Source: Candidatus Omnitrophota bacterium (GTDB lineage Bacteria > Omnitrophota > Gorgyraeia > Gygaellales > Profunditerraquicolaceae). From it: a stretch of 64,000 nucleotides of DNA. Of the stretch, positions 36,228 to 44,515 are shown piece after piece; the first letter of the stretch is position 1, and each line of letters opens with the position of its first letter. The notes below the pieces were generated by a model. The model had not been told where the DNA came from, did no database searches, and was given only the letters and a program-made list of their open reading frames with translations. A program made the translations under genes and the position numbers. The stretch covers positions 4,554-68,553 of the forward strand of contig JAUSED010000008.1 of assembly GCA_030650425.1 (NCBI GenBank). Reading direction: 5' to 3'.

Positions 36228-37475
36228 ATGGCTAAATATTCATATATTGCCCGGGATAAATCCGGAGCAAAGATTAACGGAAGCGAAGAAGGGGCGACGC
36301 AGGATGAAATCATCAACCGCCTGCAGGCAAAAGGCTTGGTAGTGGTTAACATCCTCGCTGAAAGCGCCGGAAAAGAAGCCTTAGCTCCTGCCGGATCTCC
36401 CGCGATGGTAAAAGTAAAATCCAGCCCTAAACACAATAGAATTAATAACGATGACCTTACCCTTTTTTGCCGCCAGTTAGCTACCCTGCTTGGCGCCGGA
36501 GTTACGATTTTAAAGAGCTTGGATATCATTTCACTGCAGGTTGCCAGCAAGCGCCTCTATTTGGTAATTAAGGATCTGGAGAAGAATATGGAAGCGGGAT
36601 TAAGTTTTCATGAGGCAATGGCCAAGCATCCTAAAGTTTTTCCAGAGTTGTGGATTCATTTGGTGGAGAGCGGAGAGGCTAGCGGTAATTTGGCGGTGAT
36701 CCTGTCGCGTTTAGCCAGTTACCTTGAAAGAAACGCGGCTTTTAAGAAGAAGATTGTCTCGGCATTGATTTATCCGGCGATACTTTTTATGGCAGGTATG
36801 TCCGCGCTTTTGTTTATGACGATTAAAATCATTCCTACCTTTGCCGAAATCTTTAGCGGTTTTAATATCAAGCTCCCTTTTTTAACCCTTATGTTGATTT
36901 ACGTAAGCAAGTTTATCCGGGGGTATTTCTTGATTATTATTCTTGGCATAGGCGCTGGAATTTGGTTTTTCCGCAAGTACACCTCAACTAAAGCCGGCAA
37001 GAAAAAATACGAAGAGTTCCTTTTGAAACTCCCGGTTTTAGGAGGGTTCTTCCACACTTTGGTTATTGAGCGTTTTACATCCGAGATGTCCACTTTAGTT
37101 GAGAGCGGCGTGCCGATACTTTATTCATTGGAGATAGCTGAACGCAGCGTGGGTAACCTTGTTTTGGGCGAGATTATTCGCAACATTAAGGAAGATGTGC
37201 GCGCGGGTAAGCCTTTGGGTCTCTCTTTAGAGAGGAGCAATTTCTTTGACCCGATGGCCGTGCAGATGGTTACTATCGGCGAAGAAATCGGAGAACTCTC
37301 TAATATGTTTAAGCGCCTGAATGCCTTTTATGAGGAATACTTAGACACCTTTTTAGTCCGCCTGACGTCTATGTTTGAGCCCTTTATGCTTATTTTTATG
37401 GGAGCGGTGATTGGGATAATGGTGATTGGGATGTTTCTGCCTATATTTGAGATTTCTCAGATAGGGGGAAAATAA
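36228..37475 (+). CDS. pilC: type IV pilus inner-membrane platform protein PilC (GspF family)
   Basis: 415 aa; duplicated GspF domains, 3 TM segments. Confidence 0.85.
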   Translation: MAKYSYIARDKSGAKINGSEEGATQDEIINRLQAKGLVVVNILAESAGKEALAPAGSPAMVKVKSSPKHNRINNDDLTLFCRQLATLLGAGVTILKSLDIISLQVASKRLYLVIKDLEKNMEAGLSFHEAMAKHPKVFPELWIHLVESGEASGNLAVILSRLASYLERNAAFKKKIVSALIYPAILFMAGMSALLFMTIKIIPTFAEIFSGFNIKLPFLTLMLIYVSKFIRGYFLIIILGIGAGIWFFRKYTSTKAGKKKYEEFLLKLPVLGGFFHTLVIERFTSEMSTLVESGVPILYSLEIAERSVGNLVLGEIIRNIKEDVRAGKPLGLSLERSNFFDPMAVQMVTIGEEIGELSNMFKRLNAFYEEYLDTFLVRLTSMFEPFMLIFMGAVIGIMVIGMFLPIFEISQIGGK

Positions 37476-37476
37476 T

Positions 37477-37574
37477 GGGACCGTTTCTATTTTTCCCTAT
37501 TAGGGGACACTTTCCAACAGTCAGTAAACGCGTGTAGGAAAGTGTCCCCTGAACGAAAAAATAGAAACGGTCCC
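37477..37574. repeat. composite element (TIRs as above) enclosing ATTAG-GGGACACTTTCC ... GTAG-GAAAGTGTCCCC with ACGCGT-centred spacer
   Basis: Inner 66 bp nearly identical to 39010-39075 and 45766-45830. Confidence 0.75.
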
Positions 37575-37597
37575 AAGTTTTTCGGTAATAAAAATCC

Positions 37598-37625
37598 TTG
37601 CAATTTTTACAAATTGCATTATTAT
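37598..37625 (+). promoter_or_regulatory. candidate pilin promoter TTGCAA-16-TATTAT overlapped by palindrome TTGCAATTT-TTAC-AAATTGCA
   Basis: About 85 nt upstream of pilin ATG 37710. Confidence 0.35.
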
Positions 37626-37647
37626 AGATTCAGGTATTATTTAAACT

Positions 37648-37696
37648 AGTCATTGCGAGGAGCCCCTGCGTTACGTCGGGGCGACGCGGCAATCTC
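37648..37696. repeat. AGTCATTGCGAG-GAGCCCCTGCGTTACGTCGGGGCGACGCGGCAATCTC hairpin element in the pilin 5' leader
   Basis: Same GTCATTGCGAG head as 3749 and 16034. Confidence 0.6.
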
Positions 37697-37709
37697 AAAA
37701 GGAGGAGAG

Positions 37710-38090
37710 ATGAAAAGGAATAGAAAGGGTTTTACCTTAATCGAGTTGATCATCGTCATTGTAATTATCGGCATCTTGGCGGTTGTCGCTATACCAAAAT
37801 ATTTCGCTAATATTACAACTTCCCGAAAAGCCGCAACATTGCAAAGTTTGCACGCAATTAGCGAAGGCGTTAACGCGTATTTTTCAGCCACTGGAGTTGA
37901 GCTTGCAGATAAAGCAGCGGGAAGTTTCATCGAAACTACTATTGATGGGCAGGTGGTACATTCAGTTGGGTTACCAACCGGTTATAGTTACACAGCGGCC
38001 ACACATACGATTGCCTCTCCTGCGGTAACAGGATGTGGTATTTGTACAATGAATTCTCAGACAGGTGCTTATAGTTGCGCTAGCTGTTAG
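37710..38090 (+). CDS. type IV pilin (prepilin, class III signal)
   Basis: MKRNRKG/FTLIELIIVIVIIGILAVVAIP; Cys-rich C-terminus; ORF track start at 37653 is upstream of the RBS GGAGG. Confidence 0.85.
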   Translation: MKRNRKGFTLIELIIVIVIIGILAVVAIPKYFANITTSRKAATLQSLHAISEGVNAYFSATGVELADKAAGSFIETTIDGQVVHSVGLPTGYSYTAATHTIASPAVTGCGICTMNSQTGAYSCASC

Positions 38091-38109
38091 TAAATTTATT
38101 TGTTTAAGA

Positions 38110-38508
38110 ATGTTTAAGAATATAAGAAATATTGAAAATGGTTTTACGTTAATAGAATTAATAATTGTAGTGGCAATTGTGCTTGCGTTGTCAAGTATTG
38201 CTATAGTTAAGTATGGGAATATTACTGAAAAAGCGCGTTCTGCCGAAGCCTACGCGGTATTGGCTGATATTGCTGCTTCGGAGGTCAGTTATTCAATAGA
38301 ACATAATGACGCTTACACTGGAACTTGGTCAGATTTAGATAGGTATAATGCTGCGCCGGCAAGCGAGAATTTTACCTTTTTTCTTGCCGACGCGGTTAGC
38401 AGCGGGTATGTCAATGCCGCGCATATCACAGGCAGGGGAACAGTGGATTATTATATGTGCATAAGGGGAGGAGAGCGGGGGACCATCGTTCCGACAAATT
38501 GCCCATGA
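38110..38508 (+). CDS. type IV pilin
   Basis: MFKNIRNIENG/FTLIELIIVVAIVLALSSIAIV. Confidence 0.8.
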   Translation: MFKNIRNIENGFTLIELIIVVAIVLALSSIAIVKYGNITEKARSAEAYAVLADIAASEVSYSIEHNDAYTGTWSDLDRYNAAPASENFTFFLADAVSSGYVNAAHITGRGTVDYYMCIRGGERGTIVPTNCP

Positions 38509-38522
38509 GAAATGTAAAAAAA

Positions 38523-38581
38523 GGGGACGGTTCTATTTTTCCGGCGTTAGACTCAAGAAAAATAGAACCGTCCCCTTTTTT
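38523..38581. repeat. variant composite element GGGGACGGTTCTATTTTT ... AAAAATAGAACCGTCCCC + TTTTTT between pilin 2 and pilin 3
   Basis: Variant TIR (CGG instead of CCG) shared with the intragenic copy at 44280-44332. Confidence 0.7.
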
Positions 38582-38585
38582 CCAG

Positions 38586-38984
38586 TTGGCGCGGGGGTTT
38601 ACTCTCATCGAGCTTATCTTGGTGGTTACGGTGATTATTACGCTGGCTTTAATTGCTATTCCCAACTATAATAAGTCAAAAGACAGGGCGATAGAAAAGG
38701 AAGGTATTTCTAACGTCAGGCTGATAGCCGCGGCTGAGAGAATATACAAGATGGAAAGCAGCGCTAATGTTTATGTTGCTTGTGCTAATGCCACTACTTG
38801 TAATACAGCGCTTAATTTGAATTTGAACGCGACTAACTGGAGTTACAAAGTTGAGCTTGCTTCAGGTTCAGGGGTCGCGACCATAACCGCTACTGGATCT
38901 GCTGTCTCTGGTTGTAGCTATACCTTGACGAGCGCCAATTTTGATGCAGAACCAACAGTACCAGCAGGCTCAAGCTGCCCTTAG
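38586..38984 (+). CDS. type IV pilin; start ambiguous (TTG 38586, or ATG 38505 reading through a repeat element)
   Basis: ARG/FTLIELILVVTVIITLALIAIP; ATG 38505 overlaps the previous stop (ATGA) and would add 27 repeat-encoded residues. Confidence 0.7.
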   Translation: MARGFTLIELILVVTVIITLALIAIPNYNKSKDRAIEKEGISNVRLIAAAERIYKMESSANVYVACANATTCNTALNLNLNATNWSYKVELASGSGVATITATGSAVSGCSYTLTSANFDAEPTVPAGSSCP

Positions 38985-38991
38985 GAAAAAA

Positions 38992-39093
38992 GGGACCGTT
39001 TCTATTTTTCCCTGTTAGGGGACATTTTCCAACAGCCAGTAAACGCGTGTAGGAAAGTGTCCCCTTAGACTCTAGAAAAATAGAAACGGTCCC
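38992..39093. repeat. composite element (TIR GGGACCGTTTCTATTTTT / AAAAATAGAAACGGTCCC) with inner REP pair
   Basis: Between pilin 3 and pilin 4. Confidence 0.75.
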
Positions 39094-39112
39094 ATGTTTC
39101 CCTTAGCTTAGT

Positions 39113-39469
39113 ATGAATAAAAAAGCCCTTAGCTTACTAGAAATTATTATTTCCACGGTAATTCTGTCATTAGTGATTACCGGCTTGGTTAATGTTTTTG
39201 TAGCGGGGAAGCAATATATCCAGCATAGTCGTCTGCGCATGGCTGGTGGAGAGATAGGAAAGTTTTTTCTCGATCCTTTGCAGCAGTATGTCCGCCAGGA
39301 TACCTGGGATGCCAGTTGTTTTGGCACGAATAAGGTTATAGCCAATTGTCCAAATGTTCCCTCTACAAGCAACCCTTACACCACCGCTTATTCTATCAGC
39401 GACCTTAGCGCTGATACCAATATCAAGAAAGTAAAAGTAACAATCACCTGGCCCAGTCCCGGCTCCTGA
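39113..39469 (+). CDS. minor pilin / pseudopilin-like protein
   Basis: 118 aa; N-terminal LSLLEIIISTVILSLVITGLV pilin-like hydrophobic helix with Glu at +5. Confidence 0.6.
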   Translation: MNKKALSLLEIIISTVILSLVITGLVNVFVAGKQYIQHSRLRMAGGEIGKFFLDPLQQYVRQDTWDASCFGTNKVIANCPNVPSTSNPYTTAYSISDLSADTNIKKVKVTITWPSPGS

Positions 39470-39474
39470 CCCCA

Positions 39475-40092
39475 ATGTTTTCTAAGCCCCTTAAATCCGT
39501 TACCCTGATCGAATTAATCATCGCCATAATCTTGCTCGCGGTAATTATCTTAGGGGTCAACAATATCGGCATCTTCAGCCGCTATCAGGTTGTTTCTTCG
39601 GACCGCCGGGCCAAACTGCAAAATGATGTTTCACGCTGCCTTGAGCATATGACAAAGTATCTTTCTACGGCAATAGGCAATGAGGAGGTGCCTTTGGGAG
39701 AGGATACGGTGGTCTATTTCAAAGAGAACTCTCCCCGCACCATCCTGTCTGTTTTTACGGATGCCAATAGCAATGGTTTAATAGATTCAGGGGGAGCGGA
39801 TTATTGGATTGGGTATAAATTTGACGATTCCACTCATAAATTTACTTATTGTAGCCAATGCCAAAACCGGGCATGCGTGGCATGCTCCGTTACTGAGGAT
39901 GCATTAGCGAACAATATAACCGCATTTTCTGCCTCTAAAAGTGGTACTCCAGCTAACGATTTCTCTAAAGGTAACTATATAAACCTTGGCCTAACTGCTT
40001 GTTGGGATCCTGCTGGGAGCTGTAATACCCCCGATAACCCCAGTGTTACTATGTCTACTAGTATCAGTCTGCCTTCAGTCGCCACCAATTAA
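39475..40092 (+). CDS. minor pilin-like protein
   Basis: 205 aa; SVTLIELIIAIILLAVIILG N-terminus; Cys-rich C-terminal half. Confidence 0.6.
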   Translation: MFSKPLKSVTLIELIIAIILLAVIILGVNNIGIFSRYQVVSSDRRAKLQNDVSRCLEHMTKYLSTAIGNEEVPLGEDTVVYFKENSPRTILSVFTDANSNGLIDSGGADYWIGYKFDDSTHKFTYCSQCQNRACVACSVTEDALANNITAFSASKSGTPANDFSKGNYINLGLTACWDPAGSCNTPDNPSVTMSTSISLPSVATN

Positions 40093-40097
40093 AACCT

Positions 40098-40111
40098 GGG
40101 GGACGCTCCCC
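40098..40111. repeat. GGGGGACGCTCCCC palindrome upstream of the RAYT gene
   Basis: Inverted partner at 40839-40851. Confidence 0.6.
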
Positions 40112-40209
40112 AAGGTGCCAGCCTACTTCTAATTTCAGGTATTTTCTTAAAAAAATTTCGTTAGATTTGCTGCCTTCATGCGTCTATTAATAGTGAGGAG
40201 GTGGTAAAT

Positions 40210-40800
40210 ATGTCAAGGAGACAAAGGTTAGTTTTTGAGAGGTCATACTACCATGTTTTTACCAGGGGAAATGACCGCAAGCGGATTTTTAGAAAGGAAG
40301 CAGATTATCAGGTTTTTCTTTCGATAATCAGGAAGTACTTGGAGAAATTCCAGATCTCCATAACAAACTATTGCCTTATGCCTAATCATTTGCATTTGCT
40401 TATTTTTATTGAGACAGGTGGAGAATTGTCTAAGTTTATGAAAGCCGTCTTGCAGGTATATGCCAATTACCATAGGAAAGAATATGGCTCAACCGGGTTT
40501 CTCTATCAAAATAGGTTCAAAAGTTTATTGATCAAGGAGGAGAGTTATTTAATCGAGTGCGCTAGATACATAGAAAGAAATCCATTAAGAGCAAAATTAG
40601 TAAGCGATATTTTTGCTTGGCCATGGAGCAGCCTTTCTTACTATGCAAAAGGAATTAAAGATGGTATAATTACGAAAGTAAATCCGATTTTTGAGGCTTT
40701 GGCAGATACACCCGTGGAGAGAAGAGAAGCCTATATCAAGTATGTCTTACAGGAAAGAGCATATGAACAAATTCTTGATAAAGAATTTGACATAAAATAA
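40210..40800 (+). CDS. IS200-like Y1 transposase of the REP-associated tyrosine transposase (RAYT) type
   Basis: ATG 40210 after GAGGAGGTGG; HuH motif NHLHLL and catalytic Tyr region ARYIERNP; flanked by inverted GGGGACGCTCCCC / GGGGAGCGTCCCC at 40098-40111 and 40839-40851. Confidence 0.8.
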   Translation: MSRRQRLVFERSYYHVFTRGNDRKRIFRKEADYQVFLSIIRKYLEKFQISITNYCLMPNHLHLLIFIETGGELSKFMKAVLQVYANYHRKEYGSTGFLYQNRFKSLLIKEESYLIECARYIERNPLRAKLVSDIFAWPWSSLSYYAKGIKDGIITKVNPIFEALADTPVERREAYIKYVLQERAYEQILDKEFDIK

Positions 40801-40823
40801 CTTAAAATAGTCGAAAATACGTT

Positions 40824-40851
40824 GTAGAGTGTCCCTTTGGGGAGCGTCCCC
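40824..40851. repeat. GTAG-AGTGTCCC-TTTG-GGGAGCGTCCCC downstream of the RAYT gene
   Basis: Inverted orientation relative to 40098-40111. Confidence 0.6.
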
Positions 40852-40916
40852 AAGCTCAAGCTTTACAGATTGATAATTGTATTGACAAAGTGTAAATTAT
40901 ACTATATACTTTTATC

Positions 40917-42080
40917 ATGATAAAACGAACCATTTCGGAAAAGATTCTTCATTACGCGCGCCGTTATCCGGTCGTTACTCTTACAGGGCCGCGCCAGTCC
41001 GGGAAGACGACTTTATGCAAGGCGTTATTCCCAAAAAAGAAGTATTTTTCCCTTGAGAACATCGACATACGCGATTACGCCAGGACCGACCCGAGGTCTT
41101 TTTTAAACGAGTGCCTCGAAGATGGGGCGGTTATCGATGAAATACAGCGGGTTCCGGAACTGGTTTCATATATTCAGGAAATAGTGGACACAAAAGACAG
41201 GCCGGGCCTTTTCGTTTTGACAGGAAGCCAGAATTTCCATCTTTTGGATACGGTCAGTCAAAGCCTTGCCGGCAGGACTGCCTTGGCTGTTCTTTTACCC
41301 TTTTCATATAACGAGATCTATACTAACAAGATAGTCTCTATAGATAAACTTCTTTTTACAGGCTTTTACCCGCGCATTCACGATAAAAGGCTCAATCCTG
41401 CTGAAGCGCTTTCTTTTTATGTCAGCACATATCTGGAGCGCGATATCCGCGCGCTGATTAACGTTAAGGATCTCGCGAAATTCGAGAAATTCCTTAAATT
41501 ATGCGCCGGAAGAACGGCTCAGATCATAAATTTGTCAAATCTTGCTAATGATTGCGGAGTCAATCATAACACCGTCAAAAGTTGGTTAGGCGTGCTTGAG
41601 GCAAGCTACGTGATATTTTTTGTGCGGCCGCATCACGCCAATTTCGGCAAGCGGCTGATTAAAGCTCCGAAACTATATTTTACCGATTGCGGGCTTGCCG
41701 CGCATCTTTTGGATATTCAAAACGCCAAGCATATCGTCCATCATCCGTTAAAAGGCGCTTTATTCGAGAATTTCGCGGTTGCCGAGCTTCTGAAGGCGCG
41801 GACAAACCAAGGTAAAAACAGCAATATTTATTTCTTTCGCGACAATATCGGTAACGAGGTTGATATCCTTCTTGAGAATGGCGCGACTCTCCGGCCGGTT
41901 GAGATAAAGCTTGGAATGACCATAAGCGACGATTATTTTAAAGGCCTGCGCTATTATCAAAAGATTAATCAGAAGAATGCTGTCAAACCAGCATTGATAT
42001 ATGGTGGCAATGAAGACCAGCGCCGCGGAGTGTTTGATATATTCAGCTATAGAAATGCGGAAAAGATTAATCTTACGTAA
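40917..42080 (+). CDS. AAA-family ATPase with DUF4143 C-terminal domain
   Basis: 387 aa; Walker [10 protein letters not shown]; layout typical of AAA_14/DUF4143 proteins. Confidence 0.7.
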   Translation: MIKRTISEKILHYARRYPVVTLTGPRQSGKTTLCKALFPKKKYFSLENIDIRDYARTDPRSFLNECLEDGAVIDEIQRVPELVSYIQEIVDTKDRPGLFVLTGSQNFHLLDTVSQSLAGRTALAVLLPFSYNEIYTNKIVSIDKLLFTGFYPRIHDKRLNPAEALSFYVSTYLERDIRALINVKDLAKFEKFLKLCAGRTAQIINLSNLANDCGVNHNTVKSWLGVLEASYVIFFVRPHHANFGKRLIKAPKLYFTDCGLAAHLLDIQNAKHIVHHPLKGALFENFAVAELLKARTNQGKNSNIYFFRDNIGNEVDILLENGATLRPVEIKLGMTISDDYFKGLRYYQKINQKNAVKPALIYGGNEDQRRGVFDIFSYRNAEKINLT

Positions 42081-42094
42081 GATTTAACTTCTAT

Positions 42095-42167
42095 GGGGCT
42101 GTAGCTCAGCTGGGAGAGCGCCTCGTTCGCAACGAGGAGGCCAGGAGTTCGATCCTCCTCAGCTCCA
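42095..42167 (+). tRNA. tRNA-Ala (anticodon CGC)
   Basis: 73 nt cloverleaf GGGGCUG/UA/GCUC...GAGC/G/CCUCG-UUCGCAA-CGAGG/AGGCC/AGGAG-UUCGAUC-CUCCU/CAGCUCC/A; G3:U70 Ala identity pair; CCA not encoded. Confidence 0.85.
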
Positions 42168-42180
42168 CTTTCATATAAAA

Positions 42181-43671
42181 ATGATAAGAGATAAACGTTT
42201 CGCCCTCGCAATGGCTGGGGTTAGTATTTGTATTTTTTGTTTTGGGTTTTGCCATTTATTATGCGCCGAAAATATTAAAGAACCCTGCGTTGCCGGCACA
42301 TTTTATCCCGCGAGCCCACAAGAGCTTTCTCAGATGGTTGATAACTATCTGGAAGAGGCTAACCCTGAAAAACCAAGCGGTGAAATCTTCGGCTTAATCT
42401 CTCCGCACGCCGGCTACGGTTATTCAGGCAAGGTTGCCGCCTTCGGCTATAAACTTATTAAAAATCAGCCGTATAAAACAGTAGTGATTTTGGGGACAAG
42501 CCACCATTATCCTTTTAGCGGAGCTTCAGTTTATCCCGATGGAGTATTTAAAACTCCGCTTGGCGCGATTACCATAGACGATAAATTTACCCAAAAACTG
42601 CTTAATCGGAATAAGGACGTATACTTTGCTCCGGAGGCATTTAGGGAAGAGCATAGCGTGGAAGTCCAGCTGCCATTCTTACAAAAAACACTTAATCACT
42701 TCAAGATTGTGCCGATAGTTATCGGCGATTGTTCTTTGTCGGCCTGCCAGTCGCTCGCGTCCTTGCTTAAAGAGGCGATTGGTGAGCGCAGAGATGTTTT
42801 GGTGGTTGTTTCTACCGATATGTATCATGGTTACGATTATGATGAGGCCAATAAAATCGACGTGCTTACCCTCGCCGCTATCAAAAATATGGATGCCGAA
42901 GCCCTTTATTGGGCCTTGCGCGACGAAAAGATGCAGCTCTGCGGCGGATTTGGCGTGGTGACGGCATTGATTTTAGCCAAAGGCCTGGGCCATGATCAAA
43001 TAAGCGTATTGAAACATACAAATTCCGCAGAAGTTACCGGTAACCAGAAGAAGGGGATCTGGACCGTCGGATATGCAAGTTGTGTGATTGACCAGCCAAA
43101 GGGAGAAAAGGCTATGTTAAATAAAGCTCAGAGAAAAAGATTGCTTGAAATCGCGCGCAGCGCAATCGAAACTTATCTAAAAACCGGTAAGAAGCCGCAG
43201 TTGAACGAGACCGATCCGTTGCTTTTAAAGACGATGGGGGCTTTTGTTACCCTGAAGAAACACACAGAGCTGCGTGGTTGCATTGGAAATCTCGTAGGTG
43301 AAAAGGCTTTATATTCTACGGTGAGCGATATGGCGGTTGAAGCTGCGACAGAGGATTACCGTTTTCGTTCTCACCCGGTAGAATTATCCGAACTTAAAGA
43401 TATCGAAATCGAAATTTCTGTTTTATCTCCGATGGTAAAAATTGATAATCCTGATCAAATCAAGCTTGGAACACACGGTGTTTTGATACGTAACGGCCCT
43501 AGGAGCGGAGTATTTCTTCCTCAGGTAGCCACTGAAACAGGCTGGTCAAAAGATGAATTTATGTCTAATCTGTGCATCCACAAAGCTGGCTTAGATGCAG
43601 ACGCTTGGAAAGACAAGTCTACCGAAATCTATATCTTTACTGCCGAAGTATTTTCAGAGAAAGACAAATGA
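42181..43671 (+). CDS. MEMO1-family (AmmeMemoRadiSam protein B-like) domain fused to AMMECR1 domain, with N-terminal signal/TM segment
   Basis: 496 aa; hydrophobic/Cys-rich N-terminus; MEMO motifs [13 protein letters not shown] and [10 protein letters not shown]; AMMECR1 signature [18 protein letters not shown]. Confidence 0.75.
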   Translation: MIRDKRFALAMAGVSICIFCFGFCHLLCAENIKEPCVAGTFYPASPQELSQMVDNYLEEANPEKPSGEIFGLISPHAGYGYSGKVAAFGYKLIKNQPYKTVVILGTSHHYPFSGASVYPDGVFKTPLGAITIDDKFTQKLLNRNKDVYFAPEAFREEHSVEVQLPFLQKTLNHFKIVPIVIGDCSLSACQSLASLLKEAIGERRDVLVVVSTDMYHGYDYDEANKIDVLTLAAIKNMDAEALYWALRDEKMQLCGGFGVVTALILAKGLGHDQISVLKHTNSAEVTGNQKKGIWTVGYASCVIDQPKGEKAMLNKAQRKRLLEIARSAIETYLKTGKKPQLNETDPLLLKTMGAFVTLKKHTELRGCIGNLVGEKALYSTVSDMAVEAATEDYRFRSHPVELSELKDIEIEISVLSPMVKIDNPDQIKLGTHGVLIRNGPRSGVFLPQVATETGWSKDEFMSNLCIHKAGLDADAWKDKSTEIYIFTAEVFSEKDK

Positions 43672-43688
43672 AAAATAGAAACGGTCCC
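43672..43688. repeat. solo right terminal repeat AAAAATAGAAACGGTCCC
   Basis: Immediately after the MEMO-AMMECR1 stop codon. Confidence 0.55.
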
Positions 43689-43709
43689 AAGTTTCCCCAG
43701 GTATTTAAA

Positions 43710-44495
43710 ATGCATAGATTCTTTTGTACAACTTCAGATATCACAAGTACCGAAATAATCATTAAGGATAAAGAACAGGCGCACCATATAAGAGATGTCC
43801 TCAGGCTTAAGCCGGGTAAACAGGTGGAGGTATTTGATGAAAAGGGAAATGAATATAGCTGCGAGATTCGCGAAATAAAAGATAAAATCTATCTTGAGAT
43901 TAAAAATAAAATTGCCGCCGATAAAATAAGCCAGAGAATAAAACTAACTGTAGCTTGCGCCCTGCCCAAGAAGTCTAAGCTAGACGATATCATTGATAAA
44001 CTTGTCCAGTTGGGAGTACACAGGATCATCCCGTTAAAAACAGAACGCGTAATCGTTAAGTTAGATAAATATAAAGAAGCAGGCCGGCTTGAGCGCTGGA
44101 GAAAAATCGCGCTTAGCGCCGCCAAACAAAGTAAGAGAAATGACTTACCTGTAATTGAGCCGGTTCAGGATTTACAAAAGGTTATCGCGCGATCGCAAGA
44201 ATTTGATTTAAAGCTTATACCGTATTTAGGAGGAGAGCGTAAAAATCTAAAGGATGTTTTAGATAAATTCTTAAAAAAAGGGGACGGTTCTATTTTTTCG
44301 GCATCAGACTCTAGAAAAATAGAACCGTCCCCTTGTTTTTTAATTCTTATCGGCCCGGAAGGAGATTTCTCTGAAGCAGAGGTAAAGCTAGCCGTAGCCG
44401 CGGGATTTATTCCGGTAACCCTTGGTGATTTAGTTTTACGCGTGGATACCGCGGCCATCGCGGCGGCCAGCTTCATTACTATGTACACCTCGTAG
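43710..44495 (+). CDS. rsmE: 16S rRNA (uracil1498-N3)-methyltransferase RsmE with an in-frame repeat insertion
   Basis: ATG 43710 (MHRFF...); C-terminal SPOUT motif LILIGPEGDFSEAE...LGDLVLRVDTAAIAA; residues GDGSIFSASDSRKIEPSP are encoded by a repeat element at 44280-44332. Confidence 0.8.
   Translation: MHRFFCTTSDITSTEIIIKDKEQAHHIRDVLRLKPGKQVEVFDEKGNEYSCEIREIKDKIYLEIKNKIAADKISQRIKLTVACALPKKSKLDDIIDKLVQLGVHRIIPLKTERVIVKLDKYKEAGRLERWRKIALSAAKQSKRNDLPVIEPVQDLQKVIARSQEFDLKLIPYLGGERKNLKDVLDKFLKKGDGSIFSASDSRKIEPSPCFLILIGPEGDFSEAEVKLAVAAGFIPVTLGDLVLRVDTAAIAAASFITMYTS
44280..44332. repeat. variant composite element GGGGACGGTTCTATTTTTT ... AAAAATAGAACCGTCCCC inside rsmE, in frame
   Basis: Encodes GDGSIFSASDSRKIEPSP just before the GPEGD SPOUT motif. 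Confidence 0.7.
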
Positions 44496-44515
44496 GTGTA
44501 CATAGGTTTACTTGT

